Shown piece after piece: positions 23,671 through 34,297 of a stretch of DNA of 64,000 nt. How positions within the stretch are numbered: the first letter of the stretch is position 1; every line of letters starts with the position of its first letter. Made by a program: the position numbers and the translations under genes. The DNA is taken from sequence record KM407600; one strand, written 5' to 3'. The notes beneath the pieces are model-generated. The model had not been told where the DNA came from and did no database searches. It saw only the letters and a program-made list of their open reading frames with translations. This DNA comes from Shigella phage Shf125875.

Positions 23671-24151
23671 TAAAAAGGTAATGATTCCCAAATTAGGGCT
23701 CAAACATTATAATCTTTTAAAGGACGTTAAAGGTCCTGATGAAAACATGAAAATCTTAGCTGATTCTATTTGTAAAAATATGAGTCCCGCAGATTTTGAT
23801 TTTGCATGTCTACATATATTGGAATTTAATAACAAACTTAAGTCTGAAGTTGAAAAAGACGGATTCACATATAAACTAGATGACGTCTATGTATGCCAAC
23901 GAACAGAATTCCAATTCCAAGGCAATACTTTTTATTTTAGACCTCCAGGCAAATTTGAACAATTCGCTACAATCAGTGAAATGTTATCAAATTGCTTAAT
24001 AAAAGTTAATGACGAAGAGAAAGAAATTTCTTTCCTTGAGATGCCTGCTTTTGTAATCAAATGGGCAGAAGACCTTTCGACAACTATTGCTATTCCAGGC
24101 CCTAATGGTCCTATTAAGGGTATAGCAGAAATTATTGGATTGCTTGAATGA
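23618..24151 (+). CDS. 28: Baseplate hub distal subunit gp28
   Basis: 177 aa, same as T4; 53-nt overlap with gene 27. Confidence 0.75.
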   Translation: MNLNLILPLKKIILPQSNKKVMIPKLGLKHYNLLKDVKGPDENMKILADSICKNMSPADFDFACLHILEFNNKLKSEVEKDGFTYKLDDVYVCQRTEFQFQGNTFYFRPPGKFEQFATISEMLSNCLIKVNDEEKEISFLEMPAFVIKWAEDLSTTIAIPGPNGPIKGIAEIIGLLE

Positions 24152-25920
24152 AACCTGAAGAAATGAAATCCATGCGTAGAAATAAGGTCATTGCCGATAA
24201 TAAACCACAAAAAGTAGCTGCTGATGCAGCTACCGATTCATTAGAAGCATTGAATAACATTTCATCAAAACTAGACGATGTCCAAGCCGCGTCTGAACTC
24301 ACATCACAAAGTGTAGAAGATAAAGGCAATGGAATTATTGAATCAATTGGAGACTTAAAGAATTCGACAGATAATACTGCTGAAGGCACAGAGCTTATCG
24401 CAGAAGTTATTGAAAAACAAACTGAAGTCACTAAAAGTATAAACGAAGTTTCTAGTGCAATAAGCTCTAAGTTAGACCGATTAGCTACATTATTAGAGCA
24501 AAAATTACAAACATCTACCGCTATTCAAAATACAGGAGGCACCTCTCTTGAAGTAATTGAGAACGCAATACCTGTTAAAGTGGTTGAGAATGAAACTTCT
24601 GATGAGTTGTTTAAAGCATTACCTACACCTGAAAAGATTGATAATAAGCCAGACGAAGATTTCTTCCCAGCGCCGGTTCAAGAAAGTGCTAATTCTACTT
24701 CCGATTCTAAAGGTGGAATTAGCTTTAAATTGAGCGATAAAATTGCAATGCTCACCAAAACAGTTCAAACCGGGTTTAATAAATCAATATCAATTTCAGA
24801 CAGAATTGCTGGAATGCTTTTCAAATACACTATAACAGCTGCTATTGAAGCAGCAAAAATGGCCGCACTTATTCTTGGTATTGTTATCGGTATTGATTTA
24901 TTGATAGTCCATTTCAAATATTGGACAGACAAGTTCACTTCTGCCTGGGATTTATTTGATGAAAACTTTACTAAATTCTCCGATGAAGCTAAAGAGTGGG
25001 GTAAATTCTTAAGTGATATATTCACTTCTATTGACTCGATAAAACAATTGTGGGAAGCTGGAGACTGGGGTGGTTTAACCGTTGCTATTGTCAAAGGTGT
25101 AGGAACAGCATTAATGAACTTAGGTGAACTAATTCAATTAGGAATGGCTAAACTCTCCGCGTCTATATTGCGTGCTATAGGTTTTGGTGATACCGCGGAC
25201 GAAATAGAAGGACGTGCTTTGGAAGGATTCCAAGAAACTACTGGGAACAAATTAAAGAAAGAAGACCAAGAGAAAGTCGCTAAATATAAAATGAAGCGTG
25301 ACGATGGGGAATTAGGAACCGTTTCTAAAGGTCTTGATATGTTACAACGCGGCAAAACATTCGTTACTAACTGGGTTCGTGGTAATGACAATAAAGAAGA
25401 GTTTAGTACAAGTGATGAGCGCGCTGCGGAATCAGCAAAATTAAAAGAGTTACCTGAAGAGGAGCGTAAAGAGGCGTATATAAAAGCTAATGAAACTCGT
25501 GCGGCACTGGTTAGATTTGAGGATTATATCGATAAAATCGATATGACTAATCCGGAAAATGCTAAAAACGTCGAGAAGTCTTATGCTGATTTAAGTAAAC
25601 TTATTAAAGACCCTGAACTTAATAAAACTCCTGTTGTTAAAAAGGAAATAGATGCTAGATTTGAAAAGCTAAATAATAAAATGGCTGAAGTCAAAAAGGC
25701 TCAGACAACAGTTAAGCCTGAATCTTCGACTAAATCTCCGGAAGCAAAACAAGTTCAGTCAATAGAGAAAGGACGTGCTTCTGAATCTAAACAACAGCAA
25801 CCGGTAGCGGCGATTAGTAACACAAATAATGTCGTCAAAAAGAATACCGTAGTCCAGAATATGACCCCTGTAACAAGTACAACGGCTCCTGGAATTTTCC
25901 ATGCCACCGGTGTTAATTAA
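24148..25920 (+). CDS. 29: Baseplate hub subunit / tail length determinator gp29
   Basis: 590 aa, same as T4. Confidence 0.85.
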   Translation: MKPEEMKSMRRNKVIADNKPQKVAADAATDSLEALNNISSKLDDVQAASELTSQSVEDKGNGIIESIGDLKNSTDNTAEGTELIAEVIEKQTEVTKSINEVSSAISSKLDRLATLLEQKLQTSTAIQNTGGTSLEVIENAIPVKVVENETSDELFKALPTPEKIDNKPDEDFFPAPVQESANSTSDSKGGISFKLSDKIAMLTKTVQTGFNKSISISDRIAGMLFKYTITAAIEAAKMAALILGIVIGIDLLIVHFKYWTDKFTSAWDLFDENFTKFSDEAKEWGKFLSDIFTSIDSIKQLWEAGDWGGLTVAIVKGVGTALMNLGELIQLGMAKLSASILRAIGFGDTADEIEGRALEGFQETTGNKLKKEDQEKVAKYKMKRDDGELGTVSKGLDMLQRGKTFVTNWVRGNDNKEEFSTSDERAAESAKLKELPEEERKEAYIKANETRAALVRFEDYIDKIDMTNPENAKNVEKSYADLSKLIKDPELNKTPVVKKEIDARFEKLNNKMAEVKKAQTTVKPESSTKSPEAKQVQSIEKGRASESKQQQPVAAISNTNNVVKKNTVVQNMTPVTSTTAPGIFHATGVN

Positions 25921-25928
25921 GGATTATT

Positions 25929-27038
25929 ATGATTAGTGTAAAAGAAATAGTAGTAGATGCAAAGGATTTAAATAAAGCAATCCCAGTCTCAGAAAGTGCT
26001 GGGCAAAGCACTAAAACCGAAACAACTACTAAAACTTATGTTGCTCAATTTCCTACAGGAAGAGCAGCCGGAAATGACTCCACAGGAGACTTCCAGGTAA
26101 CAGACCTTTATAAGAATGGATTATTATTTACCGCGTACAATATGTCTGCACGCGATTCAGGATCCCTCAGGAATTTACGTCCGGCATACGCCGGAACTTC
26201 ATCTAATGGTATCATATCAGATTTAACTGATAACGTGAAAGATGCAGTGACTAAATTCTCAAACGGATTGCTTCCTGCCGGAGCTAATAAGTCTACTATA
26301 AATAAAACTCCTGTTGCTAATATACTTTTGCCACGTTCCAAATCTGACGTTGATACAACTTCGCATCGTTTTAATGATATCGGTGATAGCCTTATTACTA
26401 AAGGTGGAGGTACTGCTACAGGTGTTTTAAGTAACATTGCTTCCACTGCAGTCTTTGGTGCATTAGATTCTATTACTCAAGGGCTTATGGCCGATAATAA
26501 CGAACAGATTTATACGACTTCTCGTAGTATGTATGGCGGTGCTGAGAACCGTACTAAAGTCTTTACATGGGATTTAACTCCACGTTCAACTGAAGACCTT
26601 ATGGCTATTATAAACATTTACCAGTATTTTAACTATTTCTCATATGGTGAGACCGGTAAATCACAGTACGCCCAAGAGATTAAAAGTTATTTAGACGAAT
26701 GGTACCGTTCAACGTTTATTGAGCCTATGACACCAGATGATGCGGTAAAAAATAAGACATTGTTTGAAAAGATTACTGCGTCATTAACAAACGTATTAGT
26801 TGTAAGCAACCCTACAATTTGGATGGTTAAAAACTTTGGTTATACATCTAAATTTGACGGGTTAACTGATGTATTTGGCCCATGTCAAATTCAAAGTGTA
26901 CGTTTTGATAAAACTCCAAATGGACAATTTAATGGTCTCGCTGTTGCTCCTAACTTACCGTCAACATTTACGTTAGAGATAACAATGCGAGAAATTATTA
27001 CATTAAACCGTTCTTCACTTTATGCGGGGACTTTCTAA
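25929..27038 (+). CDS. 48: Baseplate tail tube cap gp48
   Basis: 369 aa (T4 364 aa). Confidence 0.8.
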   Translation: MISVKEIVVDAKDLNKAIPVSESAGQSTKTETTTKTYVAQFPTGRAAGNDSTGDFQVTDLYKNGLLFTAYNMSARDSGSLRNLRPAYAGTSSNGIISDLTDNVKDAVTKFSNGLLPAGANKSTINKTPVANILLPRSKSDVDTTSHRFNDIGDSLITKGGGTATGVLSNIASTAVFGALDSITQGLMADNNEQIYTTSRSMYGGAENRTKVFTWDLTPRSTEDLMAIINIYQYFNYFSYGETGKSQYAQEIKSYLDEWYRSTFIEPMTPDDAVKNKTLFEKITASLTNVLVVSNPTIWMVKNFGYTSKFDGLTDVFGPCQIQSVRFDKTPNGQFNGLAVAPNLPSTFTLEITMREIITLNRSSLYAGTF

Positions 27039-28000
27039 TGTACTCTTTAGAAGAATTTAATAACCAAGCTATAAATGCAGATTTCCAACGAAACAATATG
27101 TTTAGTTGTGTATTTGCTACTACGCCATCGACCAAATCATCTTCACTAATTTCGTCAATTGGTAGTTTTGCTTATAATAACTTAGGGTTGGATTCTGATT
27201 GGTTAGGATTGTCTCAAGGTGATATCAATCAGGGCGTAACAACCCTGATTACAGCAGGAACACAGAAATTAATTCGAAAATCAGGTATAAGTAAATATCT
27301 GATTGGAGCAATGAGTCAACGTACGGTACAAAGCTTGTTAGGTGAGTTCACAGTAGGAGCTTATCTGATAGACTTCTTCAATATGGCATATAATAATACA
27401 GGTTTAATGATTTATTCTGTAAAAATGCCTGAGAACCGATTATCTTATGAAACGGATTTCAACTATAACTCACCGAACATCCGAATTACCGGCCGAGAAA
27501 TGGACCCATTAGTAATAAGCTTTAGAATGGATTCCGAAGCATCTAACTTTAGAGCAATGCAAGACTGGGTAAACTCAGTCCAAGACCCTGTAACAGGTCT
27601 TCGCGCTTTACCACAAGACGTCGAAGCAGATATTCAGGTTAATTTACATGCGCGAAATGGTTTACCACATACCGCTGTCATGTTCACTGGTTGTATTCCT
27701 GTTAGTGTCTCTTCTCCTGAGTTAACGTATGATGGTGATAATCAAATAACAGTTTTTGATGTAACATTTGCTTATCGCGTTATGCAATCAGGTGCTGTAA
27801 ATAGACAGGCTGCTTTAGAATGGTTGGAATCAGGACTTATTAGTAGTGTTTCAGGAATGTTTGGAAATAATCAGAATGATTCTGGTCTAGGAAGTGCAGT
27901 ATCAAGACTTTCTAGATTAGGTGGGACTGCTGGAGGTGTGTCTAATATAAACACATTGACAGGTGTGGTGAATTCTGCGTCAAGAGTTTTAGGACTATAA
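27038..28000 (+). CDS. 54: Baseplate tail tube initiator gp54
   Basis: 320 aa, same as T4. Confidence 0.8.
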   Translation: MYSLEEFNNQAINADFQRNNMFSCVFATTPSTKSSSLISSIGSFAYNNLGLDSDWLGLSQGDINQGVTTLITAGTQKLIRKSGISKYLIGAMSQRTVQSLLGEFTVGAYLIDFFNMAYNNTGLMIYSVKMPENRLSYETDFNYNSPNIRITGREMDPLVISFRMDSEASNFRAMQDWVNSVQDPVTGLRALPQDVEADIQVNLHARNGLPHTAVMFTGCIPVSVSSPELTYDGDNQITVFDVTFAYRVMQSGAVNRQAALEWLESGLISSVSGMFGNNQNDSGLGSAVSRLSRLGGTAGGVSNINTLTGVVNSASRVLGL

Positions 28001-28006
28001 GAAAAA

Positions 28007-28023
28007 GGGAGACGTTGTCTCCC
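28007..28023. terminator. Hairpin between gene 54 and the convergent minus-strand ORF
   Basis: GGGAGAC-GTT-GTCTCCC followed by TTT. Confidence 0.55.
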
Positions 28024-28032
28024 TTTAGGGGT

Positions 28033-28326
28033 TTATTTACGGAATGAAAGGAATGCTGGTGCTCGGAATGGAGTATCATCTTTAGAGTATTTAACTAATA
28101 CGACCATTGGTACCTCTGTTTCTAAATGACCTGTCACTACACCGACAAAAATTTGATCAGTGTGCTCAGGGTCGCGAAAGTTTTTAAGAGGTTCCATAGC
28201 AATATGGAATGCACCTGGGAATACTCGATTCAATTCTTCAATCACAGCTTCGTTAAAAACATCATCTGCCGGGATAACATCTTCAACTACTAGTTCTTGA
28301 CCATTAAAGCGAAGCATAGATTTCAT
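28033..28326 (-). CDS. Hypothetical protein (alt.-1-like)
   Basis: Start moved to internal Met (MKSMLRF...) preceded by GAGGAAAA; the longer ORF would swallow its own promoter. Confidence 0.5.
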   Translation of the reverse strand: MKSMLRFNGQELVVEDVIPADDVFNEAVIEELNRVFPGAFHIAMEPLKNFRDPEHTDQIFVGVVTGHLETEVPMVVLVKYSKDDTPFRAPAFLSFRK

Positions 28327-28354
28327 AACGTTTTCCTCATGTTGTTGATTGGAT

Positions 28355-28385
28355 GATAGTATCACACATCCATGTGTTTGTAAAC
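28355..28385 (-). promoter_or_regulatory. Early sigma70-type promoter (same family)
   Basis: Minus-strand GTTTACAAACACATGGATGTGTGATACTATCATCC. Confidence 0.5.
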
Positions 28386-30472
28386 TATCCTTGGACAAAT
28401 TTAAACGGAACTGATTCTAAATCCATTAAAGATGCTAACAATTTCAAACCTTTAGGTGCACTAGTTTTTTCTACAAATGAGGAGAACGATACCGGCTCAT
28501 CCGATTCGATTTCACCCGTCATAGCAACCACCTCGCCTGTTTCCATGAGAACATCACCATCGTAAATGACGGCTTCATCCAACTGGTCTGAGGACATGAC
28601 TTCAGCTTGAATAAATTTAAGGTTGGATTCTAAACCTGCACCGGTGTCAGATGACGCATCTGTAATTTTATTTATCTGCAAGAGAATGCCTCTAGGCAAA
28701 ATAATTTCTTGCTCATTAGGGTGATTACTCAACTGTCCTGGATAAATCACGTTAACTTTATGGGCACCGTCAATAGCCCATCCAACGTTAACACGGATTT
28801 GTTCTGGCGCATGCATAGCTGTTCTTACTTGACTAGGAGAAATAGTAACACCTTCGTCATTATTGTCAATGTTAAGCTCTTTGCGAACTTCTTCAGGAGC
28901 AAGTCCAAGGGCAACGTTCTCTTTAAACCCACCGAAAATAATAGGAGCTAGTGAAGTGGAAACATAGTTTCTGAAGTAGAATACTTTATTTTTAACCATT
29001 GCTTCGTAAATAGGCATTCTGATAGACTGAGCTCTATATAACGTTAGTCCTTCAGGTAAACGGTCTCCATTTAAAAACGCCGAATCAAGACCATCAATAG
29101 CGCGTTTAACTTCATCTTCATCTGCAACATCGTAAAAATCTGGTTTATAACGACCTAACAACATATTATTGATATCTATATATGCAGAAGAGGCATATTC
29201 ACGAATAGCTCGTTTTTCAGCAACAGAGTATTGTTTAGGGTCCCGATTCATTGTTATATTAAAGGTGCCTCTAGCCGATTCTCGTGCATAAGTATACATC
29301 ACATTAGACAAGAACGCTGATTTACGTTGTTTCCAAGTTCTTTCAGATACTTCAGCTAAAACGTCGTCAGGCAGTTGGAAATTATCACGTCTAAAATCTT
29401 CAAACCATTCGTCTTTAATAGAGTCTGCAATTTCATTTGCAGCTTCAACAAAAGCAGCTAATGCTTTAACAGATGTTGTTTTTTCGGTTTTAATTTTCTT
29501 AGCAAACTTTTCTAAAGTCGGCTTAATAACACTACCATAAGAAACTTCATCAGCAAATTTAAAGGATTCATCAATACGATTATAAATCTTATTTTCGATA
29601 TCAGCAACTAAAGTGCCTTTTGCTGTGGACGATGCTTGGGCTAGTACGATTTCATATGCTTCAGGAAGTAATTCGGCCGTAGCTGGGCCACTAACTTCTT
29701 TAGCAGAATTTTCGTATTTCTGGAATAACTCACCTTCTTGTCGGTCAGCTTCTAAAGATTGACTTGCTGCAATAGCACGACGAGAAATTTTAGTACGAGC
29801 AATAACAGGCTTATCTTTACGTTTTTCTTCTACAGCAGCAATAGAACCAGCGATAGCCGTTTCTTTGGTGACCTTTTCGCCGGTCTTTTTACTCACATAA
29901 ACTTCGCCAACATCAGAATCTACTTTCGTATACAACTCTGTGTTAATGTTAGGGATGCCTTTAATATCTTCAATGTTGGCATTTTTACGAACCATCATCA
30001 CATAGGTGTGTTTACCTGTGAATTGATACATTGCCGACAATACTTTAAAACGACCACCGGTTTTAGTAGAAACTAAACGAGCAAGAAGAGTTTGAAGCTG
30101 TTGTCCACGTCCTTTCAATTTCTTGGTAGGGAATCGGAACAGAACTGCATCCATACGAAGAGCTTTAACCTGTTCATATACTGTATTGAAAATAGTGTTG
30201 ATTGCATCAATAGGAGCAGGACCAAGGCCATTTTTCAATTCAGCGAGATTACCCTTTTCAGATAGACTCATAATAACAACATGAGCGTATTTGTCGCCAA
30301 GTTTAACTTGTTTTACGGCATCGCCTTCAGAAAGATAAGAGAATAAGCGAACTACGATGTTTGTATCGATATCACCAATTTTCCAGACTTGTGGAACTTT
30401 AGCTTTAGGGTTCAAATTGACGACAGGAAGACTGCCTTCAGATTCAAACACTTCGTTTATTTGTTCAGACAT
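28385..30472 (-). CDS. alt: Alt ADP-ribosyltransferase (head-packaged, modifies host RNA polymerase)
   Basis: 695 aa (T4 Alt 682 aa); position between 54 and 30. Confidence 0.8.
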   Translation of the reverse strand: MSEQINEVFESEGSLPVVNLNPKAKVPQVWKIGDIDTNIVVRLFSYLSEGDAVKQVKLGDKYAHVVIMSLSEKGNLAELKNGLGPAPIDAINTIFNTVYEQVKALRMDAVLFRFPTKKLKGRGQQLQTLLARLVSTKTGGRFKVLSAMYQFTGKHTYVMMVRKNANIEDIKGIPNINTELYTKVDSDVGEVYVSKKTGEKVTKETAIAGSIAAVEEKRKDKPVIARTKISRRAIAASQSLEADRQEGELFQKYENSAKEVSGPATAELLPEAYEIVLAQASSTAKGTLVADIENKIYNRIDESFKFADEVSYGSVIKPTLEKFAKKIKTEKTTSVKALAAFVEAANEIADSIKDEWFEDFRRDNFQLPDDVLAEVSERTWKQRKSAFLSNVMYTYARESARGTFNITMNRDPKQYSVAEKRAIREYASSAYIDINNMLLGRYKPDFYDVADEDEVKRAIDGLDSAFLNGDRLPEGLTLYRAQSIRMPIYEAMVKNKVFYFRNYVSTSLAPIIFGGFKENVALGLAPEEVRKELNIDNNDEGVTISPSQVRTAMHAPEQIRVNVGWAIDGAHKVNVIYPGQLSNHPNEQEIILPRGILLQINKITDASSDTGAGLESNLKFIQAEVMSSDQLDEAVIYDGDVLMETGEVVAMTGEIESDEPVSFSSFVEKTSAPKGLKLLASLMDLESVPFKFVQG

Positions 30473-30512
30473 AGTGTTTTCCTTTTAGTAATAATTTATA
30501 TTTATGCCAAAA

Positions 30513-30528
30513 AGAGCCCGAAGGCTCT
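30513..30528 (-). terminator. UUCG-tetraloop hairpin
   Basis: Minus-strand AGAGCC-TTCG-GGCTCT followed by TTTTTGG. Confidence 0.45.
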
Positions 30529-30737
30529 TAATCCACAATCGGGAGCAAAGTACGATAAACTTCAAAATTAGGGCCTTTTTCGTACCCATTAACGTTATCT
30601 ACGAAAACCCGATACGAATTTTCATTAGGAAAATCTAATATAATCTGAGAGCAAGAGGTGGAAACATCTCCACCATCCTTCTTAGCTACAATAACTGTTT
30701 CTAAATAAGCTTTCATTATAAACCTGTCTGGGACCAC
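30528..30737 (-). CDS. Hypothetical small protein
   Basis: 69 aa ORF; hairpin terminator at its 3' end. Confidence 0.4.
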   Translation of the reverse strand: MVPDRFIMKAYLETVIVAKKDGGDVSTSCSQIILDFPNENSYRVFVDNVNGYEKGPNFEVYRTLLPIVD

Positions 30738-32209
30738 GGTCCAAATACGTCTTCAAACGAATCCGCTTCTGTTTTATCAAAACGGAACCCTTTAATAATT
30801 GGAAGGAAAATACCTACAGTACCTTCACGGCCTTTAGAATGAACCCAACCATTACATTCACAATCAGCGATACGTCCAATTAATTTACCTTCACGAGCTT
30901 CGGCCATTAATCGTTCACGGTCTAAATCATGACGCTCGTCTAAAGGAATAAGAACCTTTACACCGTCAACTGTTTTATGAGTTGTATCTTTAAAACCTGA
31001 ACCACAATCGGTTGTAATACGACGACAACGTGATACGAGTTCGACACCACCTAATTTGTTAGGGTCTTTAGAGTGTTCGTAGTATCCTACAACTTCTAAA
31101 GCGATATCAATAACTTCTTTAAATTTAATTAGATTCTTAGAGCGTTTGTTTTCCCAATATGAATCACGGTTTTTAAGGATAATACCTTCAAGACCTTGGT
31201 CAACATATTTTTTATAAACCACTTTAGCTTCGTCAAGATTATGAACTAACTGATTTTCAATTGGCTCAATTCGTTTAAAGCCTTCAGCCATATTTTCAAG
31301 AGCAGCAAAACGAACATCATATTTCTGACCTTTAATTTTGCCATCAGAATAGACTTCATCTAAAGGAACATAGTCCCAGGCTTGAAGAACCATACCTTCC
31401 GCTTCTTTAGGAGAAATAGTCCCTTGAAGAGATTTATTTGCTAAACCATTTGAAGTGCTACGGTCTGCAACTTGTACTTCTTCGGATTCTTCATTATCAC
31501 CAAATAAGAACGACAGGTCATTTCCTGAGCTCACAGCCTTTTTAATATCAAATGAATGATAAACTAATTCACCGTCGATTAAAACCCCATTAGGGTGTCT
31601 TTCACGAGCTTCTTTAGTCATTTCCATTAGTTCATCCGCTAATAGAGTAAGACCATGATATTCATTACCAGCACGAGAAAAGAATTGAACACCATCATCG
31701 CGAACTTCAGCGAAACAACGAGCACCATCGGCTTTTAATTGAGCAAATGCAGGCCATTTAATATTTTTAGTAATCAATTTCTCATCATATGCAGATGCTA
31801 ACATCTGTGGTTGCAATTGAATAAGTCCAGGCCACACCTTATTCGCGATAGACACTGAAGCACCTACTTCAAGGTCGCGCATCATTACACGACGAAGGAC
31901 TTCTACATCGTCAGGTTTACCGTCAGCGATATAACCCATGAGCTCTTTAATTGCAGCATTACCAGTGAGTTTACGAGTGGCTAATGTGAACTCAATAAAA
32001 TCCAACATGTCATCTAATTCAAGAAGACCATACGCTTGAGACCTTTCACCTGGTCCTGGCCATTTCTTAATATAATACTGAATGCCACGTGCATACGTTA
32101 AACGATACACACGTTCAAGTAATTTGTTGTCCTTATTTTTCTTAAGGATTTCCTGTTTTGTTTTAGTAGAACCGATCGCAGCTATTTGGTTTAAAATATC
32201 TAAAATCAT
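30716..32209 (-). CDS. 30: ATP-dependent DNA ligase gp30
   Basis: 497 aa; adenylation motif KADGARC; extensive similarity to T4 ligase as recalled. Confidence 0.95.
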   Translation of the reverse strand: MILDILNQIAAIGSTKTKQEILKKNKDNKLLERVYRLTYARGIQYYIKKWPGPGERSQAYGLLELDDMLDFIEFTLATRKLTGNAAIKELMGYIADGKPDDVEVLRRVMMRDLEVGASVSIANKVWPGLIQLQPQMLASAYDEKLITKNIKWPAFAQLKADGARCFAEVRDDGVQFFSRAGNEYHGLTLLADELMEMTKEARERHPNGVLIDGELVYHSFDIKKAVSSGNDLSFLFGDNEESEEVQVADRSTSNGLANKSLQGTISPKEAEGMVLQAWDYVPLDEVYSDGKIKGQKYDVRFAALENMAEGFKRIEPIENQLVHNLDEAKVVYKKYVDQGLEGIILKNRDSYWENKRSKNLIKFKEVIDIALEVVGYYEHSKDPNKLGGVELVSRCRRITTDCGSGFKDTTHKTVDGVKVLIPLDERHDLDRERLMAEAREGKLIGRIADCECNGWVHSKGREGTVGIFLPIIKGFRFDKTEADSFEDVFGPWSQTGL

Positions 32210-32475
32210 TTGATATCCTCGATTTTGGTTACGGTTCTATTATAAGCCACTTCATCTAGAAGCGATTTCAGCGTTTTCTGATAAGTGGTAATCCATTTAC
32301 CGAGTCCTTCAACATAATATTCTGAAATGTAGATGAACCCTTGTTCAACACACTCTTTAAATATTTCTGCGTCTTTTACTGAACGAAACACCGGCCAGTC
32401 TCGAAAGAACATGTTAACATGACCGTAGTCACGTGTGGTGTTTTTGCCATCTGTAATATCATGAACTACAAACAT
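32206..32475 (-). CDS. Hypothetical protein (30.1-like)
   Basis: 89 aa ORF, overlaps ligase start. Confidence 0.5.
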   Translation of the reverse strand: MFVVHDITDGKNTTRDYGHVNMFFRDWPVFRSVKDAEIFKECVEQGFIYISEYYVEGLGKWITTYQKTLKSLLDEVAYNRTVTKIEDIK

Positions 32476-32484
32476 AATTAGCCC

Positions 32485-33300
32485 TTAACAATTTATAGAC
32501 CAAGTCCATTTAGACGAATCTAAAGGAAAGTTTTGAATCGTCCACCATGGCTGCATATCGGTTGGTCCTGGAGTTCGCCAGGTGTACGGATTCGACGGAC
32601 CGCCAATTTGATTAGGCCATGCACCTGGACTTGTTGCACCAGATTCTTTAAGCAAATCTGCCAATCGTTTTAAAAGGTCTTCACGATCTGAATCTGAATT
32701 ATGCTTTGGCGGAACTAAACGAGATTCAATATCATCCCATGTGTGTACACGTTGTGCAGTGCGAGGAATATCATCACGTTCACCACGAGCCAACCAATAA
32801 ATCGGTACATTAAGAATTTCTGCCGCATGGTCACAATGATGAGCTAAATCGTCAACGTAACAAATTACGTTATATTTTGTTTTAGCTAGTTCGAATAATT
32901 GTTCCTTTGAAGAATCATGACCACACATCATTACTTCAGAGAAAGCGCCTGGGAACAAAGCATTCAAATTAAATTGTCTATTCAATCGAGCATCAATTGA
33001 ATCACCTAACGCCGTTACGGCTACAAAATTATAGTCTTCTTTTAGTTTATTGATAACTCGAAGAGCATCCGAATAAGGCGCTAAGTAACGAATAAAATCA
33101 GAGCGATTATATTTTTCTATTAATTGTTTACCAAGGTTATCGTCGGTATTGAATAGTTTACCAGGAGAAATAAATTTTTCGTCCTGAATCATTTTTAAAA
33201 TATGTTCTAATGGAAGATTATATTTTTGGGCAAAATAAGGAAGTCCCGATTGCCAGCTTAAACATACACCATCAATATCAGTCAAAATAGTAGGCTTCAT
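32485..33300 (-). CDS. Hypothetical protein with HAD-like motif I (30.2-like)
   Basis: 271 aa; N-terminal ILTDIDGV resembles the HAD hydrolase DxDx(T/V) motif. Confidence 0.55.
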   Translation of the reverse strand: MKPTILTDIDGVCLSWQSGLPYFAQKYNLPLEHILKMIQDEKFISPGKLFNTDDNLGKQLIEKYNRSDFIRYLAPYSDALRVINKLKEDYNFVAVTALGDSIDARLNRQFNLNALFPGAFSEVMMCGHDSSKEQLFELAKTKYNVICYVDDLAHHCDHAAEILNVPIYWLARGERDDIPRTAQRVHTWDDIESRLVPPKHNSDSDREDLLKRLADLLKESGATSPGAWPNQIGGPSNPYTWRTPGPTDMQPWWTIQNFPLDSSKWTWSINC

Positions 33301-33764
33301 AAAGAGTCTCTTAATAGGTTTAACACATCAATAAATTCAGCTTCAGTTAGTATTGTATCATCTTTTGTTAGGTGGCTGGCCATGCTATGCTTCAAAATTT
33401 TTCCTTTAGAGGCTTGTAAGGCATCGCGAAAACCCTTGTTTTGGATCGCGGCTTCAAAATATGCATTTGTGTATAATTCTTTCCACGCTTCAGAGTATCT
33501 TGAAAATGGAACTCCTAACCAGAAGAGAGTCCCATGGTCCTGAGCTCTTGCATAAGACCTTCCAGCTTGCTGTGCAGCCAATCCAGATAACCCAAATATA
33601 CGTCTTTGTTGTTCAACATTTTTCACCTTACATCCTTGGAGAAATCCTTCAAGACCTCCGAATTGAATACCGTCCATAACAAAAGGCCATTGAGCAAAGT
33701 TACTTAGTGCACATGACGGCCACTTGAAATTGCTTCTTATCTCTAACTCAGACATCTTTAACAC
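33297..33764 (-). CDS. NADAR-domain (YbiA-like) protein, 30.3-like
   Basis: 155 aa; SNFAQWPFVMDGIQF resembles E. coli YbiA SNFAAWPIKVDGKTW. Confidence 0.7.
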   Translation of the reverse strand: MLKMSELEIRSNFKWPSCALSNFAQWPFVMDGIQFGGLEGFLQGCKVKNVEQQRRIFGLSGLAAQQAGRSYARAQDHGTLFWLGVPFSRYSEAWKELYTNAYFEAAIQNKGFRDALQASKGKILKHSMASHLTKDDTILTEAEFIDVLNLLRDSL

Positions 33765-33966
33765 TTATAATTTCAACATCAGCCCAATGGCCGTATCCTG
33801 GTATACGGTCTTCGATAGATAAATTTCCGTCATTTTTAGGCATTTTAATTGACGTAACGTATGGTTCTAAACGGTTTTCTGCATAATATGGAAAAACGTC
33901 CGTCACACGATAAGTAACTTCAATCATTTCTGTACCAAACAATTTCTGGATTAATTTTTTAAGCAT
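33748..33966 (-). CDS. Hypothetical protein
   Basis: 72 aa ORF in 30.x cluster. Confidence 0.4.
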   Translation of the reverse strand: MLKKLIQKLFGTEMIEVTYRVTDVFPYYAENRLEPYVTSIKMPKNDGNLSIEDRIPGYGHWADVEIISVKDV

Positions 33967-33970
33967 TTCA

Positions 33971-34258
33971 TTAGAACCTCATCTGAAAACCATGTGATTT
34001 AACATTACCGCCGCCAATATCAGAAATGTTAATTTCACTTGCAATCGAAGGATCGATGTCAATTTCACGATTAAGTTTAGTGATAGCTAAAGTATCATGT
34101 CCATTTACTGTACGAAACTCCAAAGGACATACTACGTTGACATAGTGTTTAATTGACTCGCTAGTAGGTTGCAAATGGGCCGGAAGGTCTTTAGGTGCTT
34201 TAGAGAAAACAACTTCACAAAAGTTTTTGCGGGTATCAAAATAAGTGGTCATAAACAT
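33971..34258 (-). CDS. Hypothetical protein
   Basis: 95 aa ORF in 30.x cluster. Confidence 0.45.
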   Translation of the reverse strand: MFMTTYFDTRKNFCEVVFSKAPKDLPAHLQPTSESIKHYVNVVCPLEFRTVNGHDTLAITKLNREIDIDPSIASEINISDIGGGNVKSHGFQMRF

Positions 34259-34264
34259 AATATT

Positions 34265-34280
34265 TTCCTCAATTGGGAGC
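34265..34280 (-). terminator. UUCG-tetraloop hairpin
   Basis: Minus-strand GGGAGC-TTCG-GCTCCC between two 30.x ORFs. Confidence 0.45.
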
Positions 34281-34297
34281 CGAAGCTCCCAGTTAAA

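Noticed and set aside
33461-33679. Plus-strand ORFs opposite the 30.x and cd.x genes (for example 33461-33679, 34169-34438, 37511-37813)
   Set aside because: Antisense to better-supported minus-strand genes, with no promoter or RBS context.
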